Of a stretch of 64,000 bases of DNA, positions 26,559-39,700 are shown piece after piece. Position numbers and translations under genes: made by a program. Location of the stretch: positions 806,001 to 870,000 of the forward strand of contig JAPDFW010000081.1 in assembly GCA_028826165.1 (NCBI GenBank), in the 5' to 3' direction. The DNA is from Anaeramoeba ignava BMAN (taxonomy: Eukaryota > Protista > Anaeramoebae). The notes under the pieces are model-generated. The model made no database searches. It worked only from the letters and a program-made list of their open reading frames with translations, and was not told the DNA's origin. Numbering within the stretch: the first letter of the stretch is position 1; every line of letters begins with the position of its first letter.

Positions 26559-27038
26559 CTAATAATTTTTCTTCAAATTCTTCAAAATTATTTGTTGGTT
26601 TATTTTCATTTTTAATTTTTCATTTTCTTGTTTTAATTTTTTAATTTCTTTTTTTAATTTTTTAATTTCTTTTGAATTATTTTTTTCCTTTTCAATTTCT
26701 TCTTTTTTTAAAACTAAAAATCTTAATAATGAATTTGAATTTGAATTTGAATTTGAATTTGAATTTGAATTTGAATTTGAATTTGAATTTGAATTTGAAT
26801 TTGAATTTGAATTTGAATTTGAATTTGATTTTTTTGGTTGAATTGCAAATTGGAATTGATTATCATTTTCAATTTGAAAAAAAAGAGAAAATTGTGAAAA
26901 AAATTGTTCATTAATTTCTATTCCAGTTAAATCTTTAGTGACAGGACTTAATGAATCAAGAGTAGAATTAATTGGAAATTGAGTTCTTTTTGCCTTTTTT
27001 CCATAAGTCATTTTAATTCTAACACGTTTTTCATCCAT
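26559..27038 (-). CDS. Small protein with ubiquitin-like N-terminus, (SN)n insert and coiled-coil C-terminus
   Basis: 159-aa ORF. VRIKMTYGKK...STLDSL...LTGIEINEQ resembles a UBL fold. Confidence 0.45.
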   Translation of the reverse strand: MDEKRVRIKMTYGKKAKRTQFPINSTLDSLSPVTKDLTGIEINEQFFSQFSLFFQIENDNQFQFAIQPKKSNSNSNSNSNSNSNSNSNSNSNSNSNSNSNSNSLLRFLVLKKEEIEKEKNNSKEIKKLKKEIKKLKQENEKLKMKINQQIILKNLKKNY

Positions 27039-27081
27039 TATTTTAAAAAAAAAATGAAAAAAAAAAACGGAAAAAAAAACT

Positions 27082-28099
27082 TTATTTTTTTTTAATATGA
27101 ATAAAGTAAGAAAGTAAATAAAACATCATCATTAATGACAATACTGCAAGAATCAAAGGAAGATAAATATTAGCTCTTTTCTTTCGAATAAAAAAAATAA
27201 GATTACTTAAAAACATTTTAAAGTTTTTTCTTTGATTAGAATTTTTTGTTGTTTTTGGTTTTGTTTAAATTTGGGATTATTTTTAAGAAAAGTGGAATAT
27301 CGATAATTCATTAAAATAGCATCATGTTTTTCATTATTAATTTCATAAAAATCAGGTAATTTTTTGCTTTCTTCATATCCAATTTTTTTGTATAAATTAA
27401 TTGCTGCTTTATTATCAGCTTTAACATGCAAAGTAACCGATTCAACTTTTTTTTGAATAAATAAATGAGTGGAAATTTTACTGACAAGATATGATCCAAT
27501 TCCTTTTCTTCGGTGATCTTCTCTTACTCCTAATGTCTAATAAAATTTTCGAAATTAAAACCAAAACCAAAACCAAAACAAAAACCAAAACCAAAATTTT
27601 CTTTTTAAACAGATAAGATTAGAATTTCAAACCATAATATATCCTTGATCAATTCTTGGATACCACCAATCATCTATTTTTGTTGATATTTTTGCAGTTG
27701 CTACTCCAATAATCTTAAATTTAATTTTTGATTAAAATTTTTGATTATTTTAATTAATTAAGATTTTTTTAAATACTTCATTTGTTTGTTTAGTAATAAC
27801 AACAATTGATTCAGTTTCTGGACCGTATAATCTTTTATAAAAATTTTCATCATATTCTATTGGAAATAAAGTTTTCTAAGATTATAAATTAATAATAAAT
27901 TAAATTATAAATTTTGATATAAATTAAATTATAAATAAAATTATAAATTTTGTGATAAATTATTCCAAACATCAAGTGCAATAACTTGTTCAATATTTTG
28001 TTTGGTAATCTTCCCAAAATTAAAATCTTTCTCAATAAATAAAGCTTTTGGATCTTTATTTAAATTATCTTGTGAACGTTTCTTTAATGAATTTTCCAT
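27082..28099 (-). CDS. GNAT N-terminal acetyltransferase, Naa60/Naa50-like, multi-exon; hydrophobic C-terminal tail if a frameshift near 27245 is corrected (otherwise stop at 27207)
   Basis: LFPIEYDENFY, GYIM|TLGVREDHRRKGIGS, LHVKADNKAAINLYKKIGY and FYEI...HDA motifs. Confidence 0.75.
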
Positions 28100-28159
28100 T
28101 TACAATTTAAAAAAAAAATGAAAAAAAAAATTTAATTTTTTAATTTTTCATTTTTTAAA
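28100..28159. promoter_or_regulatory. 60-bp putative bidirectional promoter with a T-flanked TCATT initiator-like motif on each strand
   Basis: Lies between divergent ATGs at 28099 and 28160. aaaatgaaaa at ~28115-28124 and tttttcatttttt at ~28144-28156. Confidence 0.55.
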
Positions 28160-31100
28160 ATGAACCAAAAAAAACAACAAGAAAAATTAATTTTCTTTGA
28201 TAAAGCAGCATTTCTTTTATTTAAATTATTCAGTTTGGTTCTTGTTCTAATTTCATTTATATTAATTGTAGTGATTATTTATTTCTATTTTACATTTATG
28301 CTTCCAATGACAGCATCAGAAAACATAATAATTTTCACAATTCAAACAACAAGTGCAATTTGGATTATTTGGGGAATTTCATACAATTATGTCAAGGCAG
28401 TATTTACAAAACCAGGTTATCCACCACCAAATTTAATCACAAAAGAAGAACTTAAACAACTCAAAAAAAGATACAAATTAATAAAATCAAATCCTCATAA
28501 TTCTCGTGCTTTAAAAAAAATTCCTTATTGTCCGATCTGCAAAAATTTTAAACCAGAACGTACTCATCATGATGCGCTTTCTGGAAAGTGTGTTCTTCGA
28601 ATGGATCATTTTTGTCCTTGGATTAATAATACTGTTGGCTATAAAAATCATAAATTTTTTATTCTTTTTATGGTTTATCTTATTTTGGGTTGTATTTATG
28701 CTGCGATTTTATCTTCTTCCGCTTTTTTCTTTGATATTGGTCTTTCCGATCATCCTGTTGATCATCAAGGTCCTCTTATTTTTGTTTTTATTACCTGTTT
28801 AGTTGTTATTATTGGTGTTTCTTTTTTGGTTGGATTTCATTTTTATTTGTTGCTAACAAATCAAACCACAATAGAATTTTATCAAAATCAATTACCAAAT
28901 CCAAAATCAAAAAAAGTAGAATGATTTTATTATTAAAATTAATATTAAAAATTATTATTAATCAAATTGAAATTATTATTAAATTTATTATTAAATTTAT
29001 TATTAAATTTATTATTAAATTTATTATTAAATCTATTATTAAATCTATTATTAAATTTATTATTAAAATTATTATTAAAATTATTATTAAAATTATTATT
29101 AAAATTATTATTAAAATTATTATTGATTTTATTATTAAATTTATTAATAAAATTATTATTAAATTTATTATTAAATCTATTAAAATTATTATTAAAATTA
29201 TTAAAATTATTATTGATTTTATTATTAAATTTATTAATAAAATTATTATTAAATTTATTATTAAATCTATTATTAAAATTATTATTAAATTAAATCTATT
29301 ATTAAAATTATTATTAAAATTATTATTAAAATTATTATTAATCAAATTGAAATTAATTATTCCAATTTTTATTCCACTTTTATTCTTATTTTTTTATTAA
29401 AATTATTATTAAATTATTATTAAATTAAATCTATTTATTAAATTTAAAAATAAAAATTATTAAAATTATTAAAATTTTATTTTTATTAAATTTATTTTTA
29501 AAATGATTATTAAATCTATTATTAAAATTATTATTAAATCTATTATTAAAATTATTAGCAAAAAAATTTAAATTATTATTATTAAAATTATTCAGTTTAT
29601 TATTAAAATTATTTTATTTAAATTTATTATTAAATTTATTATTTAAATCTATTATTAAAATTATTATTAAAATTAACATTATTAAAATTATTATTAAAAT
29701 TATTATTAAAATTATTATTAAATTGATTATTAAAATTATTATTAAATTTATTATTAAATTTATTATTAAAATTATTATTAAATTATTATTAAAATTATTA
29801 TTAAAATTATTATTAAATTTATTATTAAAATTATTATTAAAATTATTATTAAATTGATTATTTAAATCTATTATTAAATTTATAATTCTAATTATTATTA
29901 AAAATTATTATTAAAATTATTATTAAAATTATTATTAAATCTATTATTAAATTTATTATTAAATCTATTATTAAATTTATTATTAAAAATTATTATTAAA
30001 ATTGATTATTAAATTTATTATTATTAAAATTATTATTAAAATTATTATTAAAATTATTATTAAATTTATTATTAAAATTATTATTAAAATTATTATTAAA
30101 ATTATTATTAAAATTATTATTAAAATTTATTATTAAATTTTATTATTAAAATTATTATTAAAATTATTTAGGTAAAATTATTTTTGTTTTTATTACTTTT
30201 AATTTATTATTAAAATTATTATTTCATTTTTATTTCCACTTTTTTTTATTAAATTTATTATTAAAATTATTATTAAAATTATTAAAATTTATTATTAAAT
30301 TTATTATTAAAATTATTATTAAATTTATTATTAAAATTATTATTAAAATTATTATTAAAATTATTATTAAAATTATTATTAAAATTATTATTAAAATTAT
30401 TATTAAAATTATTATTAAATTTATTATTAAAATTATTATTAAAAATTATTATTAAATCTATTATTAAAATTATTATTAAAATTATTATTAAATCTATTAT
30501 TAAAATTATTATTAAATCTATTATTAAAATTATTATTAAATTGATTGTTAAAATTATTATTAAAATTATTAAAATATTTTTAAAAATTTATTATTAAATC
30601 TATTATTAAAATCTATTATTAAAATTATTAAATTGATTATTAAATCTATTATTAAATTTATTAAAATTATTATTAAATTCATTATTAAAATTATTATTAA
30701 ATTGATTGTTAAAATTATTATTAAAATTATTATTAAAATTATTATTAAAATTATTATTAAAATCTATTATTAAATCTATTATTAAATCTATTATTAAATT
30801 GATTATTAAATCTATTATTAAATCTATTATTAAATTGATTATTAAATTGATTATAAAATTATTAAATTATTATTAAATTATTATTAAATCTATTATTAAA
30901 TCTATTATTAAATTTATTATTAAATTGATTGTTAAAATTATTATTAAATTTATTATTAAATCTATTATTAAAATTATTATTAAATTTATTATTAAATCTA
31001 TTATTAAATCTATTATTAAATTTATTATTAAAATTATTATTAAATCTATTATTAAATCTATTATTAAATTGATTATTAAAATTATTATTAAATTTATTAT

Positions 31101-31459
31101 TAAATTTATTAAATTGATTATTAAATTTATTATTAAATTTATTATTAAATTTATTATTAAATCTATTATTAAATTTATTATTGATCAAATTTAAAATTAA
31201 TTAGAAATAATAATGATTAATTATTTTTCTCTTTTATTCTTATTAAAAAAAAAACAAAAAAAAAAAGGGAAAAATAAGAAAATTTGATTTAGGAAAAAGA
31301 AAAAACTTTGATCAATTTTTTGGAACAACGAATCAATATTGGTTTAAGTTTTTATTTAATTTTGAAAACCCGAAAGGAGATGGAATTCATTTTATAAAAG
31401 CAGAAAAGAATTTAAATTATCGTTATTTAAATATTGGTGATTCGAATGTTATTATTTAA
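28160..31459 (+). CDS. DHHC-family palmitoyl acyltransferase (DHFC variant); intron 28916-31267
   Basis: Four TM helices, KPG motif, CPICKNFKPERTHH...CVLRMDHFCPWINNTVG, NQTTIE. Last exon FDLGKRKNFDQFFG...PKGDGIHF. Confidence 0.9.
28930..31185 (+). repeat. ~2.3 kb degenerate 12-nt (ATTATTAAAWYT)n array filling the DHHC intron
   Basis: Directly visible tandem array. Confidence 0.9.
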
Positions 31460-31642
31460 AATAAAAAAATTAAATAAAAGAATTTAAATAAAAAAAATTT
31501 TTTTTTTGCTTTTTATTTTTGTTTTTGTGGGCAAATTAAAAATTTTAATTAAAAAAATAAAAAAAATTTTTATTTGTTTTTTTTTTCATTTTTTTTTTCA
31601 TTCATTTTGGAATTTATTTTACTTTCTTTCTTTTAATTTGAA

Positions 31643-34083
31643 ATGAAAATTGTGATTTTTTCTTTAATTTTGTTACTTGTGGCAACAACTCTTGCCCACG
31701 GTAAATATTTTATTTAAAAACACATAAAAACACATAAAAACACATAAAAACACATAAAACACATAAAACACATAAAAACAACTTTTTTTTTATTTTTTCC
31801 TTTTTTTATTTAAAATATAATTACGTCATAAATTAAAACAAATAGTCAAAAAAACCACATTCAATATATAATTAAATTGAATAAATAAATTAAAATAAAA
31901 TAAATTAAATAAAATTGAATAAAATAAATTAAATTGAATAAATAAATTTAAATTAAATTAAATTAAATTGAATAAATTAAATTAAAATAAATTAATTAAA
32001 TTAAAATAAATTAAATTAAAATAAATTAATTAAATTAAAATAAATTAAATTAAATTAAATTAAATTTAAATTAAATTAAATTAAATCGAATAAAATAAAA
32101 TTAAATTAAATTAAATAAAATTTAAATTAAATTAAATTAAATTAAAATAAATTAAAATAAATTAAAATAAATTAAAATAAAATAAATTAAATTAAAATAA
32201 ATTATTGGAATAGTGAAATAATTTTTTGACAAGCAAAAAAAATAATTATTTTCTAATTTGGTTTTTTATTTAAATTTTTTATTGGTAATTAGGTAACTTA
32301 AAAGATCAACCACCAGCAGGAATTCAATGTACTGCTTGCGAAGAAGTTATGAAACTTGTTGAAAACTTTATGGAAAACCCAAAAACTGAAGATGAAATTG
32401 AGAAATTCTTAGAAGATGTTTGCAATATGCTTCCATCTTTCTTATCAGGACCTTGTGATAGTTTAGTTCAAGAATATCTTCCACAAATCATTAATTTGAT
32501 TGTTAATGGAGTTACACCTGATCAAATTTGCTCAATGATTGGATTATGTGCAACACCACCAAAAGCACCAAAAGGAATTGAATGTACAGTTTGTGAAATG
32601 GTTATGGAATTATTAGATAATTACTTACAACAAAACCACACTGAACAAGAAATTGAACAATTTTTAGAAGGAGTTTGCAATATGCTTCCATCTTATTTAT
32701 CAGGACCTTGTGACAGCATGATTCAAGAATATCTTCCACAAATTATCAACTTAATTGTTAATGGAGCTTCACCTGATAAGGTTTGCTCAATGATTGGATT
32801 ATGTGCAACACCAAAAAAACCAATTGGAGGAGAAATTGAATGTACAGTTTGTGACGAAGTTATGAAACTTGTTGAAAAATTTATGGAAGACAAAAGAACT
32901 GAAGATGAAATTGAGAAATTCTTAGAAGATGTTTGCAATATGCTTCCATCTCCTCTTAATACAATTTGTGATGGATTAATTGAACAATACATCCCAGTTA
33001 TTGTTAATCTTCTTGTTAATGATTATCCACCTGATAAAATTTGTGCTCTTATTGGATTATGCACATCTGAAACCGCACCAAAAGGAATTGAATGTACTGT
33101 TTGTGAAATGATTATGGAATTATTAGATACCTTCTTAAAAGATAATCATACAGATCAAGAAATTGAACAATTCTTAGAAAATGTTTGCAATATGCTTCCA
33201 TCTTTCTTATCAGGACCTTGTGATAGTTTAGTTCAAGAATATCTTCCACAAATTATTAATTTGATTGTTAATGGAGTCACACCTGATCAAATTTGTTCAA
33301 TGATTGGATTATGTGCAACACCAAAAGCACCAAGAGGAATTGAATGTACAGTTTGTGAAATGATTATGGAATTATTAGATAACTTCTTAAAAGATAATCA
33401 TACTGATCAAGAAATTGAACAATTCTTAGAAAATGTTTGCAATATGCTTCCATCATTCTTATCAGGACCTTGTGATAGTTTAGTTCAAGAATATCTTCCA
33501 CAAATTATTAATTTAATTGTTAATGGAGTTACACCTGATCAAATTTGCTCAATGATTGGATTATGTGCAACACCACCACCAACACCAAGCATATTCAAAG
33601 GAATTGAATGTACAGTTTGTGAAATTGTTATGAAATTATTGGATGGTTTCTTACAAAATAATTCCACACAACAAGAAATTGAACAATTCTTAGAAGGAGT
33701 TTGCAATATGCTTCCATCTTATTTATCAGGACCTTGTGATAGTTTAATTCAAACATATCTTCCACAAATCATTAATTTGATTGTTAATGGAGTTACACCT
33801 GATGAAATTTGCTCAATGATTGGATTATGCACATCAGAAACAAAACCAAAATCAACAAAATGCACCATTTGTGAAGAAGTAATGAAGTTGATTGATTCAT
33901 TTTTAAGTGATCAAAAGAACTGAAGCTGAAGTTGAGAAAGTTTTAGATATGGTTTGTAATTATGTTGGACCTTATAAGACTGATTGTGATGATTTGATCA
34001 ATTATTTCTATGATGATTTGGTTAAATGGTTTGTTAGCGATTTCCCACCAGAACAATTCTGCACTGATGTTAAGATTTGCTAA
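31643..34083 (+). CDS. Multi-saposin (SAPLIP, prosaposin-like) precursor with 7 saposin-B domains; intron 31701-32292; 1-nt frameshift ~33913
   Basis: Signal-peptide exon MKIVIFSLILLLVATTLAH. Seven CxxC...C...C...C...C units. The seventh is completed in the shifted frame (RTEAEVEKVLDMVC...FCTDVKIC*). Confidence 0.9.
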
Positions 34084-34371
34084 ATCTTCACACTTTCTTC
34101 TCTTTCTTTTCTCTCTTTTTTTTTTCTTTTGATTTGGATTTGAATTGGATTTGATTTGAATTTGATTGACCCAAACAAACACAACAAACAATCAAACAAT
34201 TCATTTTTTTTTCTTTTTCTTTTTCTTTTTCTTTTTCTTTTTCTTTTTCTGAAAGTAACTAAAAGTTACTGAAATTCAAAAAAACAATTTTATTTTTTTT
34301 TTTCTTTTGTTTTCATTTTTTTTCTTTTTTTAAAACAAACAAGCAAATAAACAAGAAAAATAAATAAGAAA

Positions 34372-36335
34372 ATGTTCCAACTTCCTTTTCTTGATAAAAT
34401 TTCTAAATGTAAATCAATACTTATTTCTGGATGCGGAGGAGGATATGATGTTTTTGCAGGAATACCAATTTATTTAGCATTAAAACAGATGAATATTACA
34501 GTTAATTTAGCGAATTTAAGTTTTTCACATTTATCACATTTACCCGAATCCAAAATCGATCACAGTATATATGAAGTAAATGCTGAAACAGTGAAACCAC
34601 AATTTTATTTCCCAGAATACTTCCTTTCACTTTATTTCAAAGAGAAACATAAAGAAAGCGTTACTATTTATACTTTCCCAAGACTTGGTTTGAAACCAAT
34701 TAAAAAAGCTTATAAAAAATTGACTAAATTTCTTAAATGTGATTGCATTATTACTGTTGATGGTGGCACTGATTCTCTTATGTTTGGTGATGAAGATGGT
34801 CTTGGCACTCCCGAAGAAGATTCTATTTCTGTTCTAAGTGTTGCTTCTTGTAAATCTGTTCCTATTAAAATTTTGGCATGTGTTGGTTTTGGAATTGATT
34901 CTTTTCATGGTAATTTTATTTATAATTTTATTTATAATTTAATTTATAATTTTATTTATAATTTAATTTATAATTTAATTTATAATTTAATTTATAATTT
35001 TATTTATAATTTTATTTATAATTTTATTTATATTTTAATTTATAATTTAATTTATAATTTTATTTATATTTTAATTTATTTTTATTTATAATTTAATTTA
35101 TAATTTAATTTATAATTTTTAATTTTTAATTTAATTTTATTTTATTTTAATTTATAATTTTTAATTTATAATTTAATTTATAATTTAATTTATAATTTAA
35201 TTTATAATTTTAATTTTATAATTTTTTAATTTATTTATTTTTAATTTATAATTTTTATTTTATTTATAATTTTAATTTTATAATTTTAATTTAATTTATA
35301 ATTTTATTTATAATTTATTAATTTATAATTTAATTTATAATTTATTTATAATTTAATTTATAATTTAATTTTATTAATTTTTATTTATAATTTTATTTAT
35401 ATTTTAATTTATAATTTTATTTATAATTTAATTTATAATTTAATTTATAATTTAATTTATAATTTTAATTTATAATTTATATTTAATTTATATTTTTAAT
35501 TTATAATTTTATTTTTAATTTTTATTTTTATTTAATTTTTTTAATTTTAATTTATAATTTTAATTTAATTTTAATTTTTTATTTTATTTTTATAATTTTT
35601 TATTTATAATTTTTATAATTTAATTTATAATTTTATTTATAATTTAATTTATAATTTAATTTATAATTTTATTTAATTTATAATTTAATTTATAATTTTA
35701 TTTATAATTTTATTTATAATTTAATTTATAATTTAATTTATATTTTTAATTTATAATTTAATTTATAATTTAATTTATAATTTAATTTATTTTAATTTAT
35801 AATTTTATTTATAATTTAATTTATAATTTAATTTATAATTTAATTTATAATTTAATTTATAATTTAATTTATATTTTAATTTATAATTTAATTTATAATT
35901 TTATTAGGAGTTTGTCATTATCAATTTTTGGAAAATGTTTCAACATTAATTAAAGAAGATGGATTTTTAGGAGCATTTTCATATATGAAAGAAATGGCTG
36001 AAGTTAAAGAATATATTGAAATTTGCGATTATGTTTTTGAAAAAACACAAGTATCAATCGTAAATGCATCAATAGTAAATTCAATTGAAGGAAAATTTGG
36101 AGGAGATAATTCTAGAATGCAATCAAGAGTTTCAAATTCAACTCTCTTTATAAATCCTTTAATGTCTTTGTGTTGGAGTTTTGATATTGAGAAAGTTGCA
36201 AAACATATTTTATATACAAAAAATATTGAAAACACTAAAACTAGATTGGAAGTTGGTAATAGAATTAATGAATTTCGTGAAAAATTACAAAAGGAAAAAA
36301 AGATTAAAATTTGTGAGCAAGTTTTGAAAGTTTAA
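34372..36335 (+). CDS. DUF1152-family protein; intron 34910-35907
   Basis: GCGGGYDVF, NLSFS, YFPEY, VDGGTDSLMFGDEDGLGTPEED, GFGIDSFHG|VCH, SIVNASI and INPLM motifs. Confidence 0.8.
34915..35900 (+). repeat. (TTTATAATTTAA)n-type 12-nt array filling the DUF1152 intron
   Basis: Essentially pure A/T tandem array. Confidence 0.9.
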
Positions 36336-36655
36336 AATTAAAATCAAAATCAAAATTAAAATCAAAATTAAAATTAAAATCAAAATTAAAATTAAAATTA
36401 AAATTAAAATCTAAAATTAAAATCAAAATTAAAATTAAAATTAAAATCAAAATTAAAATTAAAATTAAAATTAAAATTAAAATTAAAATTAAAATTAAAA
36501 TTAAAATCAAAATTAAAATTTAAAAGAAAATTTTTAAAAAATTAAAATTAAAATTAAAATTTAAGAAAAATCAAAATAAAAATTAAAATCAAAATCAAAA
36601 TCAAAATTAAAATTTTAATATTTAAAATCAAAATTAAAATCAAAATTAAAATCAA
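36336..36655. repeat. (AAAATT/AAAATC)n intergenic microsatellite between convergent genes
   Basis: Visible hexamer array. Confidence 0.85.
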
Positions 36656-36781
36656 TTTTTTTCAGAAAATTTTTTTAAAAGAAGAAAATAAAAAAGATTT
36701 AAGAAAAGATCTAAAAAAAAAAGAATTTAAATTCAATTTAATTTTCTAATTTCAATTTCTATTTTCATTTTAATTTTCATT

Positions 36782-39700
36782 TTAATTTTCATTTGAATTT
36801 TCAGATTTAGATTTAGATTTAGATTTGGATTCAGATTTGTTTTCATTTGAATTTTCACTTTCATTTTCATTTGAATTTTCACTTTCATTTTCGCTTTCAT
36901 TTTCACTTTCACTTTCATTTGAATTTTCATTTGAATTTTCAGATTTAGATTTAGATTTAGATTCAGATTTAGATTTAGATTTAGATTTGGATTCAGATTT
37001 AGATTCAGATTTAGATTTAGATTTAGATTTAGATTTAGATTTAGATTTAGATTTGGATTCAGATTTGGATTCAGATTTGGATTTAGATTTAGATTTAGAT
37101 TTAGATTTAGATTTAGATTTAGATTTAGATTTGGATTTAGATTTGTTTTCATTTGAATTTTCATTTTCATTTTCATTTTCATTTTCATTTTCATTTTCAT
37201 TTTCATTCGAATTTAAATATTTAAGAATAATTTCCATTCGTCGATTTAATTGCCTGGAATTTGGATTAACAATTTGTTTCGTTTGATTTTGATTTATATT
37301 GTTCTTTTGATTTTTTTTCTTTCCATCTTTATAATCTTGATCTGAATCTGAATTTGAATCTGAATGTGATTTTGGATTTTTTTCACTAACTGTTTGATTT
37401 TGGGAATTAAGATTATCAAGTAATCCAATTTTTGAGTCTTTTTTAATACCTTCCCAATTTCCATATCCATGCAAATAAACACCAACAAATAACAGAGAAT
37501 CTTCACGTTCACCCCAATTAGAATTCCAACTTGGTTGTACAAGAGAAGTTCCAATTCGGAATTCTTCAATTGGATTTTTTAATTTTGATATTTTTTGTTC
37601 AATTATTTCTAAAACTCCTATTCGATTTAATAAATCTGATGCGTTAACTTCAATCCCACTCTTTAAACGAAGAACTACATCTTTATTCATGGAAATTTCA
37701 TCTAACGATCTTGGATTCATTCCCTTTTTTTTGCTTGATTTTTCTAGTGGAACAAATTCAGAGTCAGAATCAAAATTTGAATCTTGATTTGAATTTTCTT
37801 TTTTCTCTTTTTCTTCCTTTTCTTTTTGTCTTTTTTGCACAACATTATTTCTTAAATTCACGCATTCTTTCGATTTGCTAACTAATTTTTTTGCGAATTT
37901 TTCGACAAATGATTTTGGAAGAGATGAAAGTTTAGCATCTGAAATGAGATTTTGGATTCTTTGTGAAGAAATGCCAAATTTCATAATTGCTCTGATAAGA
38001 GCTTTTGTTTGTTTTTCAGTAAGTTTTTCTTTATGTTTGTGTTGTGTTTGTGTTTGTGTTTATGTTTATGCTTATGTTTATGTTTGTGTTTGTGTTTGTG
38101 CTTATCTTTATGCTTATGTTTATGTTTATGTTTGTCTTTTTTTTTATTATGATGATGCTTTGCTCTTTTTGTTTTGCTTTTTTTCTCATCTTGATTTTTT
38201 CGTTTCTTTTTATTTTTTGTGTTTTTATTTTTGTTTTTAAAATATTTCATCTTCTCTTCATCAAATAATATCTTTGATTCACTCAATCTGTGATTTTTTT
38301 TTGATTTATGAGAACGAGTTCTTCCAAAAAAAGAAAATTGATCTGGACGTTCGTCTTTTGAAATCAAATTTTCCCAATAATTTCCTTCATCTTTCTCTTT
38401 TCTTCTCTTTGAAAAATCCTCAATTTTAAACGAGTTTAGAAATTCGGAGCTTGGATTCATTTCTTTGTCATCGCGTTTCTCAGCACGAGCAAGAATATCA
38501 TCAATATTCTCATTGATAGCTGCTTCAAGTCTTTTCAACTCTTCTTCGTCATAGCTAAAATAGTAATCGTCGTTAAAGGAAGAATTTTTCTTCTGGGAAT
38601 TTTTGAATAATTTTTTGGTGCCAAATTTCAAAATCTCATCGACATCTTCCTTTTTCAAAGTGGATTTTTTCTGGTTAAGAATAAGTTGTCCAGAAGTATC
38701 CATTTGTTGAATAACAAGCTGGTCAAGAACCATTTTGCGTTTTGCTCTTTCGAGAATTTCTTCCTCGATTGTATCTTTTGTGATAAATCTGTAAATATTC
38801 ACTGCCTTTGTCTGTCCAATTCGATGACAACGAGATTCTGCTTGCAAGTCATTTTGTGGATTCCAATCAGAATCAAATATGATAACTGTATCCGCAGTTG
38901 TTAAGTTGATTCCAAGTCCTCCTGCGCGTGTTGAAAGGAGGAAACAGAAATCTTCTGATCCTTCTTTATTGAAATGATCCATTGATCTTTGCCGCTCGTC
39001 TCGAGACATAGAACCCTGCAATCTTTGATACGGATACCGTTTTCGTGCTAAATATTCTGCAAGTATATTCAAACTCCTAACCATTTGAGAAAATATTAAC
39101 ACTCTTCTTCCACTTTCCTTGAGTTTTGATAGGAGTTTGTCAAGAAGAATGAATTTTCCTGATGAGTTGATTAAATTTACAATTTCTTGTTTTTCTTGTT
39201 TGTTCTTTGTTTTAGATATTTTTTGTTTTTTTGCTTTGGTTTTTTTGGTGTGTGATTTTTTCTTGTGCAATTTTTCGTTTTGGTTTGTTATGTTTGTTTG
39301 GGATGAATTTGAGGAATTATGAGCTGGAAGTGGTTCTGTTTGCATTTTTTCAATATCAATTTCAACAATATCAGAATCAGAGTCTGAATTTGAGTCTGAA
39401 TTTGAATTTGAGTTTGAATTTGATTTGGATTTTGAATTTGATTTTGAATTTGATTTGGATGTTGATTCTTTTTCAGATTCGCTTTCATTTTTTGATTCAG
39501 ATTCACTTTCAGATTCACTTTCATTATCATCTTTAGAATTTGCTAAATGAGAAAAATGATCTCGTGCTCCTTCAAACAAAAATGGATGATTGCAACATTT
39601 CTTAAGCTCGGAAACAATATTTAATAAAGAAACTTTTTTGGATTGAGCTCCTTTGTTTAGTTCATGGAAATTTTTGGTTATTATCCATCGATAATACCGT

